Made by a program: the position numbers and the translations under genes. Shown here piece after piece: positions 30,345 to 47,752 of a DNA stretch of 64,000 nt. The notes below the pieces were generated by a model. The model made no database searches and was not told where the DNA came from. It saw only the letters and a program-made list of their open reading frames with translations. Origin of the DNA: the human T2T-CHM13v2.0 reference genome, Homo sapiens; NCBI RefSeq assembly GCF_009914755.1, contig NC_060942.1; one strand, written 5' to 3'. The first letter of the stretch is position 1; every line of letters starts with the position of its first letter.

Positions 30345-30855
30345 AAAAGAGACAGAGGGGGGCAACAGAAGGCAATATAAGACTTTGGATTGAATCATTT
30401 TGCTGCATAGAACACTCAGGATAATTGGCAAAATGTAAAGGGGGTTTGAGGATGAGATGGAGGTGATGTGTCTTTTAATTTCCTGGTTGGAATGGTGTAG
30501 TGTGGTTACGTAGGAGATAGCCTTGTAGCAAATACATCCGAAAAATTGGGGCGAGTTGGGATATGACATGGACAAATTACTTGCAAATGGCTTAGGAAAA
30601 AATCGTTGTGTAGTGTACTCACAACTCTAAGTTTAAAAGTTCCTTTAAGCTTGAAAATTTCACATTTTTAACAAAATAAAAGAAATGCGTTAGCCACAGA
30701 AACATGGCACACTTAGAATAATAGGATAAATAAGCAGGTCATAGTGATCTATGACAGTCAAAAGGTAATCTTTCCTGATGCATTGGCTGGCATCATTAAG
30801 AGAATGTTTCCCTTTGGGAAATGGTATTAGGACAGTTAATATTTTACCTAGTTTA

Positions 30856-31228
<373 letters not shown>

Positions 31229-32810
31229 TAACACAAGGCAGAAGTAAAATAATAAGTAAAACAACATGGACAGAGAAAAATAATAATCAGTTGTTTTTCA
31301 TAGGAATAAAACCATCTAGAAAGGCACGTGAAGTATGTGGAATGGAGGCCAAATGTGCAATATTGATGGAGGGGGAATCTAATGCATCGGGAAAGGGAAA
31401 GCCATCAGCATGGATGAGCAGAAATGAAAACAGCTATTTCAGTGCACTCAGGAAAGACTATGTAGGTCAGCCAGAGTTAGGAGTGGTGGGGAGTGGAGGC
31501 GGTGAGTGGAGCCCGGCAGAACCGGGCTGTGGTTTGCATTCTTGGGACCACAGAAGTGAGGTAAGCCAGGAGCAGACACAACTGGAGTCCGACCAACAAA
31601 ACACAGTGAGTCAGAGTCTAATCCAAACCTGTTCCATCCCTGGTTGCCAGGCAAAGGGACCCTCTCATTAAGTTCATGGACTATAATGAGGTGAACCGCC
31701 AGAAATTAAAGGAAACGGTAATTACCGACAGGGCCATGCAAGGTGTGGGAGGAGTTAGGTGGTCATCTGCCCCTCAGACGAAGGAGGAACGGGGAAGGCT
31801 TTGACTTACTGAACCCGTGTACTCAAGAGAGCTGCTATGTTCTGCTGTCTGCCCCTGGTAGACCCTGATGAGCCTCAGGGTTGCAAATGCCTATGGTCCC
31901 ACCTGTTCTAATCCCAGCCTCCCTGTCTGGAAGGAAGATAGTCTGGGATAAGGCTGAAAAGCACATTCCTGGAGCCCAGGTATAGGTGTCCTGGGCTCCT
32001 GGGGGCCAGGTGAAGGTGTCTTGGTTCTGCACCATGTAGGCAGCAATTGCATATGTGGTTCCCCTCCGTTTTATCACCTGGAGGACAGGGCTCAGAAGAG
32101 GGTAGAGCTGTCTCCAGGACAAGCCCCTAAACAGTGGAAGCAGCTGCATGTTATTTCCCTTCTTGAGGCACATCATTTTCCTTGCAGTTGTATGTATAGC
32201 CCCAATACACACATCCTGTATTTGTAGCTCTAATTGGACACTCCAGAAATTCTCTGACCTCTGCGTTCTTCTGTTCCCATGTTTTCAGTAAGTCCTTTCA
32301 ATTACTTTGACAGTAGGTACAACTGCCTTTCTCAAGCAGGAAAATCTTCTCACTGTTTTTCCCAAATTAGAAAACTATTTATACCTCATTTATGGTGTGG
32401 CAGGAGATCCTGCAAATCAAAACAATTTTCTACTAAACATTATTTACATTATTTACCATTTTCTGTGAAATTCTAACATGCCGGGATAACCACAATTTAA
32501 ATTTATTCAGAGGTCACAGTTTAACACTAAGCAAACTGGAAACCTCTGAAAAGATCCCTTAAATATTCCTGTCTTCTGTCAACATTTTCAACCTGGAATA
32601 TCAACCATTTATGCTTGATTTTGTGTAACTGGGGATTCAAAGCACTTTAACAATCGTGATCTGCTTTTCTACCTTCACTGGCGCCAGCGTGGCTTGGTTA
32701 GGATTCTCTACACATCTGCATTTGGTATTCATTAGATGCAAAGAGCATTCATGCATAGCCTCCTAATAGATAGGGAGAGGATGGTTTTGAAAGTGTTTTA
32801 AAAATACTCC

Positions 32811-32980
32811 GAGGGGGAGGGAGAGAGGGGCGAAAAGGTTGAAAAAGTACCTATCAGGTACTGTGTTCACACTTGGGTGATGGGCTCATTAGAAGTCCAA
32901 ACCTCAGCATAATGAAATATACCCAAGTAACAAGGCTGCACATGTTCCCCCAAATCTGAAAAAATAAAAATAAAATAAAA
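32811..32980 (+). mobile_element. 5'-truncated L1PA (about PA15-16) 3' end
   Basis: GGTTGAAAAAGTACCTATCAGGTAC...CCAAACCTCAGCAT...GTAACAAGGCTGCACATG, A-rich tail. Confidence 0.8.
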
Positions 32981-33570
32981 TTCCTTTATTATGAAAAATT
33001 TTTTGTTATACATACACACACCTGTTAGAACTAATAGACAAATTTAGCCAAGTTGTAGCATACAAAATCAACAAGCAAAATCAGTTTTGCCTGTATACAT
33101 TAACAATAAACAACCAAAAAGAAAATTAAGAAAACAATTCCATTTACAAAAGCATTAAAAAGAGTAAAATATGTAGCAATAAACTTAGCCAAGCAAGCAA
33201 AAGTCTTATACACTGAAAAATACAAAATGTTGCTGAAAAAAAATTAAAGAAGACAGTAATAAATGGAAAGACATCCTGTGTTCATGGCCGGGTAGACAAT
33301 ATTCTTCACATACCAGTATAACTCAAATGGTCTACAGGTTCAATGCACTCTCTACCAAAATCCCAATGACATTTTTGCAGAAAAAGAATAATCCATCCTA
33401 AATTTCAGATAGAATCTCAAGGAACCCTAAAGAGTCAAAACAATCTTGAAAAAGAAGTACAAAGTTGCACATCTCACATTTCTTGATTTCAAAACTTACC
33501 ACAAATTTACAGTAATCAAAACAGCCTGCTACTGACATAAAGATAGACATATACAGGCCAGGCACAGTGA

Positions 33571-34514
<944 letters not shown>

Positions 34515-34754
34515 AAAATTATGCTATGATCCACCAATTTCACTTCTGAGTGTATATCCAAAAGAAGTTAAAGCAGGGTCTCAAAGAGATATTTGAACCC
34601 CATGTTTATAGCAGCATTATTCACAGTAGCCAAAAAAAAAAAGAAGCCCCAAGTGTCCATCAGTGGATAAATGGATAAGCAAAATGTGGCATATACATAC
34701 AGTGGAATATTATTCAGCCTAAAAAAGGAAGGGTAAACTAAAAATAAAATCCTA

Positions 34755-35042
34755 GCTGGACGTGGTGCCTCATGCCTGTAATCCCAGCATTTTGGGAGGC
34801 AAAGACGGGAGCATTGCTTGAACTCAGGAGTTTGAGACCAGCCTGGGCAACATGGCAAAACCCCATCTCTACAAAAAATACAAAAAATTAGCTGGCCACA
34901 GTAGCGCACGCCTGTGGTCCCAGCTACTCAGAATGCTGAGACAGAAGGCTGAGTCCAGGAGGCGGAGGTTGCAGTGAGCCAAGATAGTGCCACTGCATTC
35001 TAGCCTGGGTAATAGAGCAAGATTGTCTCAAAAAAAAAAAAA
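34755..35042 (+). mobile_element. Alu (AluJb-like) in MER4 LTR
   Basis: dimer; TSD AAAATCCTA. Confidence 0.92.
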
Positions 35043-35750
35043 ATCCTAAGTCCCCACAACTGACTGAAAGGACCCCCTCTTGGCCAAGGGGACCCCAGAA
35101 AATTCTTAAAAACTTAATTCCCAGCCGTGACAGGAAGGGAGGTCAGACATGCCTCATAATACCCCCTTCCTGTCACAGTTTAGGCACAACTGACCAGCAT
35201 TAACATTAAAATAGAGATCATAAGACTGACAGAATAGACTCTCTGTGGAAATAAGATACCGAATTATAAATAAGACAGAGCAAGACTCAGTCTCAAATAA
35301 ATAAATAAATAAATAAATAAGACCCAAGACTATGCAAGGATAAGGTTAAATGACACCCTACAAACCATAAAGTCTCCTTAAATTGTTTTTTTAAATTAAC
35401 CCAGTATAACGTGGCTTATTTTCCAACCTGACTCTGGTATAGCATCACATGAGAGATAGCAGACCCCCTTATCTTAAGCATTCCTTTTTACTGACTTCGC
35501 GTCTTTAGATGAAGCTTAACTCTTGCAATCAATTGCCAACTAAAGAATCCTGAAAACCCACCTATGACTTGTAAGTCCCTGCTTTGAGATGCCCTGCCTT
35601 TTCTAGCTAAACCAATATATACCTTTCATTTATTGATTTATAATTTTACTTACAATTATGTATAAAACCTAACTGTAACCCAACCACTTCGTGATCACTT
35701 ACTCAGGGCTTCTTGAGTTTTTGTTTTCTCCTGGCCACAGTCACTCACGT

Positions 35751-36760
<1,010 letters not shown>

Positions 36761-37217
36761 ATATGGGCTCAGAAACAAACCTCTTTAAAATGTTTTACAG
36801 AGTTTGTTTTTTCCGATAACAGAAGAAAAATCTGACACATGTTACAACATGAATGAACCTGGAGGGCATAATATCAAGTGAAAGAAGCCAGACACAAAAG
36901 GGCAAATACTGAATGATGACATTTCTATGCGGGAGGTGGAATAGCCACATCCATAGAGACAGAAAGTACAGTGGTGGGTGCCAGGGGCTGGTGGCGGGAG
37001 AGATGGGGAGCTATTGTTTAACAGGTCAGAGTTTGAGTTTGGGATGGAGAAAAAGTTCTGGAGATGAAAAGTGGTGATAGTTACACAACAATGTGAATAT
37101 ACTTAAGACCACTAAACTTTACCCTTAAAATGATGAAAACGGTAAATGTTATGTTGTGTGTATTTTACCACATTAAAAATAAAATAAAATGTATACTTTC
37201 TAAGCTACAGTTCCTTA

Positions 37218-37676
<459 letters not shown>

Positions 37677-38289
37677 TCATTAATACACCAAAAACAAAGT
37701 CTAAATCAAGCACTCCAAGATTGACAGGACAAAGGATAAGATATGTCAAAACAAGGCAAATGAATGCGAGTTACTTAAGAGATCATAGAATTTAAGAAAT
37801 AAAATGGCAGGCAGGTAGGAGCAGGTGATAAACCAGGCTGGGGTGCTGTGAGGTTTCCGTAGCACTTGGCCTGGGTCTCCAGAGTGACAGAGACCACCCA
37901 CATGGACCCTTCTTTGTAATCCTTGATCTGAGATGCAGAGCTGCTTCCTCCATCAGGCCAGGACACCCACTGACTGATAATAAATGTACTAGCATGGTCA
38001 CCATTCTTGAAACTTGCTGTGTGTTAGAAGCATGCTGGGCCCACATGCGTCACTTACTGAGTCCTCTACATAGTTCGGGGCATCACCACATGCCTGGCAC
38101 AGAGCTGGGCCTCAAAAAAATATCCGCTAAATTGCTTAACAATGCAGGGAGGAAAATGATATAATAGTTGTCACCAAGGTATGGACGAGAACTCTGCAAC
38201 TCAGAAAGGTTAACCTACATGTCAAGATCACCCAGCAGTGGAGCCACTGTTCCAGCTTCCAGACTCAGCTCTGTCTTTCCAAGGCTCCC

Positions 38290-38800
38290 CCAAAATCTTC
38301 TGTTCTGATGCAACAGCCAGAGAATCCTTTTGGGATGAAAATCAGATCAAGTCACTCCCTATCCTCGAAGGCTTCCAGCGCACTTACTGTAAACCAAGTG
38401 AAGGTGCTGTCCATGGCCTAGGAACCCCTGCCTATGATGGGCAGGTGTCTCCCACTGACCACTGTACCATCAGGGCCCAACTCTATCCTCCACCAGCACC
38501 ATCGCCTCTCAGGGCCTTTGCACTTGCTGTGCTCTCTGCCTGAGGTGCCATCACCAATTCTGGATTCTGTTCAAACAGCATCCCCTCAGAGAGGCCTTTC
38601 CTGAACACATCATCTAGAAGCATCAAACACTCTGCAACCCCTCATCCTGCTTTATGCACACAAAATTATGTTATGTAATAAGATGTGAATTGGGGATTTC
38701 CCCCTTTAGAATGGAAGCTCCATGAGTTCAGATTCTTTTCACATTTTGGTCACTGCATCCCCAGAACCTAGTGTTCAGTAAATATTTGATAAATAATGAA
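38290..38800 (+). mobile_element. L2 fragment
   Basis: CTCAGGGCCTTTGCACTTGCTGT, CCCTCAGAGAGGCCTTTCCTGA, TTAGAATGGAAGCTCCATGAG, CAGTAAATATTTGATAAAT. Confidence 0.8.
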
Positions 38801-39664
38801 GGAGTTACTGACAAGCTATTTAATCTTGAGGACACTAAGTTGACTTTACCCCAGGTCAACTTCCTCTTGCTACAAAGCTTGTGCAAACTGTCCCTTGAGC
38901 ACAGAAAATCATGCCATAGCATACTTACTGAGTGTGGCATCTCCTCTGCACACTTATCTGCCATATATCACAACACACCTTGCCTCATTCCATAGGCCTC
39001 TCACCTTGCACACACGGCACAGCGCCTCTTCCTTGACTTCTCCTATGCCCATGTCTTTGGCCTTCCTTTCTTAGCCCCCTTCACTCCCTAATAACCCAGA
39101 TTCCGAGGCTTAATACCCTTGGATAGGTGTTACCCAAATCACCCCACACCAGCTGACTAATGGGGTCATTTCAAGGGAAGAGGCTCTCACAGTTCAGAAC
39201 TTCAGCAGATGCCTTCAGGGTAAAGGATGGGAGATAGGCAAAGGGGAGCTCAAAGGAATATTGGTCTTTCTCCTTCACCTCACGTCTCTTGACTCAGGAT
39301 TACTCTGAAAATAAAATTCATTCCTCACTCACAATGGCTTTTGGCTAAATACAATAGAGGGCACGTCACTAATCCCAACTCTCTATGCAGAATGGCCAGC
39401 CAGGAGAATCTCTGCCACAAGAAGCCACCGGGCAGAGCAGGACCAGCTGGGCATGGTGTCAGGGACCCCTGCATCAGAGGCAGGTTGCAGTCGATATGCT
39501 CCAGGGACACTCGCATTGCCACAGTGCTCCGGTGATGGCCCACTGTTTAGTGGACAGCAGCTGCTCTTTTATAGGCTACTGATGGTTGAGCACTAACTCA
39601 GCCCCAGGCACACGGCACCATCACATAACAAACCTATGAAATACTGGAGATTCTTGTTCCTGCC

Positions 39665-40180
39665 TGTATCTATTAGCTTTTGCTGCATAACAAACCCTCT
39701 CAAAACACAGTAGCTTAAAACAGCTGTTTATTTGTTTGCACTTTGAGCTAAGCTTGCTGGGACAGCTGGTCTCTGCTCTGTGGGATTTCAGCAGTGCTCA
39801 CACATGCATGCCGTCAGCCGCCAGTCAGTGGCCTCACTCATGTGTCCACCAGTGGCTGACTATCAGCAGGGCCCGTGGAGAAAACCAGGTCATGTCCCTC
39901 TGATCTAGCAGCCTAGGCAGGCTCCTCCAAAGGGTGTTGGTTCAAGCATTTCCTAGAGCAGCAAGAGAGGCAAGTTCCAATATGTATGCACTTTGCAAGC
40001 CTCTGCGTGCTGCACATTTGCTAGTGTCCCTTTGGCCAAACTAAGTCACAAGGCCAAGCCCAGCTTCAAGGGGTGAAAAAACAGACGTCCTTTCTTGACT
40101 GGGGAGCTGCAATATTATGTTGTGGAGCGTTGCAACATGAATGGGAAGAATTTGTGGCAATGTTTGCAATCCACCATATT
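39665..40180 (-). mobile_element. MaLR LTR (old MLT1-type)
   Basis: TTTTGCTGCATAACAAACCCTCTCAAAAC...GGCCAAACTAAGTCACAAGGCCAAGCCCAG...GCAATCCACCA. Confidence 0.75.
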
Positions 40181-40544
40181 GCTTGTTTCAGCATAATGCC
40201 ACATCCAAAAGAAACATAAGTCCAATCCCCAAAAGAGAGATACTAAATTGCAAAACACACAGCAGCAACATTTCCTAGAAATCTATTTTATCCATCCAAA
40301 TCCCTGAAGTCCCCAATTTCAAGGCAACTGTCACAGCCTTGTTCATATCTTACCTACAAAACTCCCAGTCCACAATGACTCTCTTCAATTCCCCATATCT
40401 CCTCCAACCTCCAACCTTCCTCCTGCTTCCAGATGTTTTTTCTATCTTTTCCCTTCTTCCCCATTGAAACTCCCCTTCACTCATGAACGTAATCAGCACC
40501 ATAAATGACCAGCAACAAAGAAATGCAAACACAGAATCCTTAAG

Positions 40545-40699
40545 CAGGATCAGAGCCTGTAGTACCAGCCACTTGGGAGGCTGAGGTGGGAGGATTGCTA
40601 GAGGCCAAGAATTGGAGGCTGCAGTGAGCTATGATTACGCCATTGCACCCCAGCCTGGGCGACAGAGCAAGACCTCATATCTAAGAAAGAAAAAAGAAA
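40545..40699 (+). mobile_element. Alu right monomer (FRAM-like)
   Basis: GCCTGTAGTACCAGC...GGGCGACAGAGCAAGACC plus A tail. Confidence 0.85.
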
Positions 40700-40799
40700 G
40701 GCCGATTGTCCATATCAGTTTATCACATACAAATGAGTCCTCGTGTGGTCACCCTTTTTTGTGATGATGAAACTTCACTCTGAGGCTGAAGGAGGATGA

Positions 40800-41180
<381 letters not shown>

Positions 41181-41394
41181 TAAATATTTCCTCTGCCCCT
41201 GTGTGCTGGAATTACCAAGTGTAAGTTCATTACTGTGGGGTTAAGTGTCCCAGCTTTTGATATCCTATCTTTCTAAATACTATGGGGACATAAAAAGATA
41301 GAAGATAGTTACAACTACTAATTACAAAGTCCATGGTATGTACCAGTCTCTGTATTTGGTGTACGACAGTTGACATCTCAATTAGTCTATTCCT

Positions 41395-41520
41395 CCCAAC
41401 AGTCCTATTAGGGAGACATTATGATCTGCATTTTCTGGAGAAGGAAACTGATGTTCAGAGAGATTGAAGTCTCTCAGAGAGTGGGGTCCCCTGGCTGATT
41501 CTCCTGAATCTGGCTGAGGT
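41395..41520 (+). mobile_element. MIR fragment
   Basis: CATTTTCTGGAGAAGGAAACTGATGTTCAGAGAGATTGAAGT, MIR core. Confidence 0.7.
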
Positions 41521-42313
41521 CTGGCTTCTTTTGAGAGAATATGTTCTTGCTTCTTGACTGATGCTGGGAAGGACTTGTATAGAGCCTGTAGTACCTGCTG
41601 GAAAAGTGGGCTGGTGTTGCCAAGGGGGCTCCAGCCTTCACAGCAGAGCAGGAAGTAGAGAGTTCTGGTGCCAGGCAGCTGCTTACTTCGGCCCAGAGCT
41701 GTGTTCCTCAACGTTGGTTGCTGACATCCTTGGTGGTCTATCAGTGACTCCACAGGCTGCTGAGCAATTTCAAAAAACAAAATACATGAAAGAAGTTGTT
41801 TGTATACATTCAAATTTTCAACGTAAAATTAGACTTCACTTGGCTACAAGAATTGTTGGTCAGCCCATCTCAGCTATAAGTCTATAGCTTGTCCTTGCTA
41901 AGAGAGTTTCACATTATTTTGGTGGTTTCTGTTCATTAAATTGGAGTTTTTGTTTCTTTCCACTGTGCATCTCATATTTACAAATCACAAATGTGGAGCA
42001 GTGATTCGGAAGTGGCTCATCAGGTGTAAACTAGTATTGAAAATGATGCTAATACATTTCAAAACAATGTGAAAACAAATTTGAGCACTACTTCAGTAAA
42101 TTTGTAGGTGTTAGAACAAGCGAATCTCCAACTGGGATGGTGTTGCTTAAAATGCCAACATTGAAAAATGCAAATGGATGGGAGTCTGTCACTCTCATAA
42201 ACTTTGCCAAATGAAAGTCCAAAACCACTGAAGCTGTTATATCATTTTAAGGCCCTATGAAATTCCTTTGGTAAACTCCATGAATTCCCCCTAGAAAAAT
42301 CTCAAAATAATGA

Positions 42314-42619
<306 letters not shown>

Positions 42620-43936
42620 AATAATGATTTCTAGAAAAAAAAAATCAGTTGTTTACACAGAAAAAAAGACAAAAACAACGTTTTGAAACTGCATTTAAAG
42701 TGACATTCCCTATAGCAAAAGTAGGTGCAAGTCACAGGATTCTTCAGAAGCTTGGGAAAAGTAGTGTTAAAGTTAATGAAAAATGTTATGCTCAGAAAGA
42801 GAAATAAAAACTACTTGTAGAATCCCTTTATCAAAGGATGCAGTAGAGGGTGACATGGTGTCAATGGCAGATAATGTGGAAAAGAAATTACTGTCACATG
42901 TCCCCACTAGAAGACACCGTGCTTGACAATCAGACAAAACCACTGATGAGAAGAGGGTGAATCAGAGCTTGTGTATACAAACATGACACCTCTAAGAAGG
43001 GGAGTTGTTTGATGCCATTTTATTCGTTTATCACTGGAAACTCATCCAGAAAGAGCAAAGATCTTTGTTTAGGTAACTGTTGTAATGTGAGTCATAACAT
43101 AGGCTGGAAAATCTGCATCAAAAATCTCAGCTGATGGGATATTATCATTCAGAGTCCTCCTGAGCCAACGAGTCTGGGCGCTGGGAACATCTGGAGTCAA
43201 CATTCTGGCCCATCACAACTCCTTAGGGACCTCCATTCCTCAGGGAATGCACTCAGATCTCAGGCACCAAAACCAACATTGTCTGCTCTTCCTTCCTTTT
43301 CTGTCTGGACTTTGTTGGCTGTTGAAAAAAGGAATGAGATTTTCCAAAAGTTTCTTCACAAACTGCTAATGCCAGTACAGGCCAGTTCCATGATTTTACC
43401 AGTTCAATCCAGTGATATAGCTCAGCAACACAGACAGGATCTCAAATATTCTGAACCACTCTAGGGCTGGATAGTATGATTTCTAATGTGGAGGGCAAAA
43501 TTAGTATAAATGGCTTGGGCAAAGAGTTTTGATATGCTGATGTTTAATGTTGTTTTTCAACTGTAAGTTTAAAAAACAACAGGTTTATGACTTGAATGGA
43601 TTTTAAAAAACTCATCCAGATACCGTACATGAAGAAACACTTCCCAGAAAGCCTACTGAATACAAGTAAATGAATGGCAGAAGGGTCACACCAAGTGTGC
43701 AGAGTCTAAGGATTTCAGGGCTGATTGCAGAAAGACCAGGAGAGGCAGGTTACCAAAAATGGAAGTATAATTTAACCAAACTCAATTAGTATAATTTTTA
43801 ACAAAAAAAAATTGTAGAAAGAGAAGATGAAGAGAGGGGAAGTGAAGCAGAGATGCTATTTGAGCACTAAATCCTGACTTCCATGACAGACGGTGAATAC
43901 ACTGTCACAGCCCATACACCCAGAAATTCTAAATAA

Positions 43937-44400
<464 letters not shown>

Positions 44401-45846
44401 GTATTTGTTACATTAATCAAGAATATAAAAATATATACTATAATATATATTTTAATATATGTTAATATATTATAATATATATTAATATATTTTAATATAT
44501 ATTTTAATATTGCTACCAAAAAATGTGTTACATTGATTAAAAATAATAAAATAAAGTGACTTAAAGCAGAATGGAAGCAAAGGGGGTGTGGGGGGGAAGG
44601 AGAGTTGCAGCCACCCAAGGGCAGAACTGGAGGAACAGACGAAGCTGCCAGAGACCTCCGGAGTGGAGGGAGATTTTGAGGACCTCTGAGCGCAAATCTC
44701 TCTCCCTTTTCCAGTGGTTCTGCTAGTTCGTTTTTCTACTTGTTTACTACTTGACATGGCCTGAAAATGTGCTGCCTAGAGACAGGGCTTCTGTCCCCTC
44801 TCATCTCTTCTAATCTGTTCAGCACACTGGCATGGCAGCCCCGTGACATTCAGGCACTGTGCCCAGGGCTGGAGAATGCCTGGGCTGCCATGGGATTTGC
44901 AGGATCTCTGCCTTTATTATATATCATTCCTCCTTAGTCCGTGGCACTGCACCAGCAAGTGGCCTGTGTCAGCCACGTGCCCTTAAATGTGTGTATTTCA
45001 GGAGCACAGTTGTCCTCGCACACAGCCACCCATGTATTGATGAAGCTCATGCTGTCTTCCCAGCACCACTCTACGAGGGCCTTGAGTTGACATTCAAAAT
45101 CCTGTGAGCCTTCCTCATAGAAAGCATTAGACTGCCTCAAAACCCTGCACAAAGAGCAGGACAGCGATAGATCTCAATCAACCGATACAAACCACCTGAT
45201 ATTTTGCAGTAGAGTCACCCTTTTAGTTTCGTACCAGTGCTGAAAATATGAGAGACCTCATTCATGTATCCTGACCTATAACTAAGTTTTAAAAAATAAG
45301 CTAAAACCTTCAGGTCACATTGTCAGTAAGTTGCAAAATTGTCACTGGCACTGTGCAGATCAGTGCCACAGCGATGCCAGGAAAGGGCTGGGGACAGGAA
45401 GGCTGCAGCCGAGGGTGGAGGAGTATAGTTAATGCCTTAATGATGGCTTGGGCGGGAGGTCATAATTGGTTTGTAGTAATTGTTTTTACTTTCCCATAGC
45501 ATGGCTTCCTTTGACCTAATTTCTCCTGGGCCCGAGCCCAGTGCCCTCTGCTAATTAAGCTGGCCGTATATGGGCCTTTGGACATCACTGTTCCAATGTA
45601 TGCTTCAGTAGGCTGCTTCATGTTTTGATCTTCAAACTGCATACTCAATACAGGTAACAATCGATTTTTCTTTATTTCAGAATTAACATACATGTTGCCA
45701 AAAGGTTTTTTTTATTGTATTTTGAAAAGTTGTTTTGGATTGCCAAAAACACCTTCAGTACAAAAATTGTTGGAAGCTAGAGGCTTTTGTTCACAATTTA
45801 TAAGATATTTTATTTCTAATACAGAAAAAAACCTTAAAAAAATTTA

Positions 45847-46012
<166 letters not shown>

Positions 46013-46660
46013 AAAATTTAGATCTGCTTATGGCTTGAAGTTTTAGGGCAAGGGAAAGAAACTAGTTTTCCAAGCAAAGGGATTAGCATGTGCAAAGGCT
46101 CAGAGGCAAGGGTGGGAGGAAGAAAGACAAGCCCAGACTCTGAAGGGCCTGTAAACCGACATTTGCCTGTGAAGCCACAGTAGAAATTAGATAAGTCAAT
46201 ATACAAGCAGAGCAGGCCACGTTTCAAGCTCTGGGCAAGGCTGGGTGCAGGACTGATAAGCAGATGCAGTAACCCGGGGAAGCACTGGCAGCCCTGCACA
46301 CTCACTTACCCTCCTCCATCAGGTGCTGGCACTCTTCCCTGCAGGATCAGAAGCCTGATGATCTGAATGCCAAATGTAGGTGCCCTCTCAAGGACAGGCT
46401 CAGTTAACCATGCTGCTTATTCACAAATGTGGGAATGGTCATGGGGACCTAATACCTGGAGCTGTTCTGAGCAGGCCAGCCTCTCCCCATGGGCACACTG
46501 GCAAGGGAAGTTCAGTGAGCTGCAATCCCAGCAGGAGATGAATGTAGGCAGCCTGTGGCCGAGACGCCCTCCCTGCCAGACAGCACTCAGGGCGGCACCT
46601 CAAAACCCTTCTCTCCTCACTAATTTTCTGAATTTCCTTCTGATTCTCATGGTCATGCTC

Positions 46661-46982
46661 TAGGGCTTCCCTGTGACACAATGGCCATGCCACCTGCAAC
46701 CAGCCACTAAGCACCTGATGTGTGTTTAGTTTGCAATGAGATGTGTGTGAGTGTGAAATACACACTGATTTCAAAGACTTCATAGGAAAAATCAAATGTG
46801 AAGTAGCCCATAGTTTTGATACTGTTGTCATATGGAAATAATGCTATTGTGAATATACTGGGTTAAGGAAAATATCATTAAAATACATCTCACCTATTTC
46901 TTTTCACTTTTCTAAGTGGCTCCCAGAAAATTGGAAATCGCACCTGTGTCTTGCCTCTGGTTTCTGCCAGACAGAGTTGCTG
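46661..46982. mobile_element. MER33-like hAT-Charlie MITE
   Basis: GAGATGTGTGTGAGTGTGAAATACACACTGATTTCAAAGACTT...ATATACTGGGTTAAGGAAAATATCATTAAAAT...CAGACAGAGTTGCT. Confidence 0.75.
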
Positions 46983-47354
46983 TGGACACATGATTAAGTA
47001 CAGTGGCACGAAAGTCAGGTGTCACTGGCCTGAGCACCCTTCTGCCTCTCTGAGATGCATGTATCTGTCCTGACCATTGTTGTGTTGTTTTCACATGAAA
47101 CAGTCAGAGGGTGCCCAAAGTCAGGCTCCCCCAGAAGTAGATCCCAAGGAAGCTTCATGTGCAAGTGATGCACCAGGGACAGGTTTGTAGGGAGATGGGT
47201 CAGAGAGTAGGAAAGCACGACGGGGGAGGAAGGCCAGCCAAGGAGAGATCAGGCCCAGCCACAGAGCGGCAGCCTCCCCACCCGAGCCAGGCAAGGTGTA
47301 TTTTCACATGCAGTCCCATCTGGTGGTCAGGCGCCAAGGGTCATACCGAGGGTG

Positions 47355-47752
47355 TGTGCAGATTTGCAGGATCTTGAGATGGGGAGATTTTCCTGGATAA
47401 CTTGAGTGGGCCCAGTGTCATTACAGGGACCCTCACAGTTAGAAAAGGCAAGACAGTCAAAGTTAGAGACAGGAGATGTGATGCAAAAACAGAGGTTAGA
47501 GTGATGCGATTTCAAGATGAAGGGAGGGGCCACGAGCCAAGGAATGCAGGAGGCCCCTAGAAGCTGGGAAAATGCAAGGAGTAAATTCTCCCCTAGGGCA
47601 TCCAGAAGGAACACAGTCCTGATGCCACCTTGATTTTATCCTTGTGAAACCCATTTTGGACTTGTGATCACCAGAGCTGTAAGATAATAAATCTGTGTTG
47701 TTTTAAGCCACTAAGTTAATGGTAGCTTGTTACAGCAGCAGTGGGAACACAT
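47355..47752 (+). mobile_element. MaLR LTR (MLT1C/D-like)
   Basis: CTTGAGATGGGGAGATT, CACGAGCCAAGGAATGCAGG, AAGATAATAAATCTGTGTTGTTTTAAGCCACTAAG. Confidence 0.85.

Noticed and set aside
31971-31999. Perfect 10-bp inverted repeat GGAGCCCAGG/CCTGGGCTCC with 9-nt loop
   Set aside because: A single short hairpin is compatible with chance in 64 kb; no supporting context
44953-44966. CTCF-like CCAGCAAGTGGC
   Set aside because: Mismatch in the core; such motifs are frequent by chance and need ChIP data
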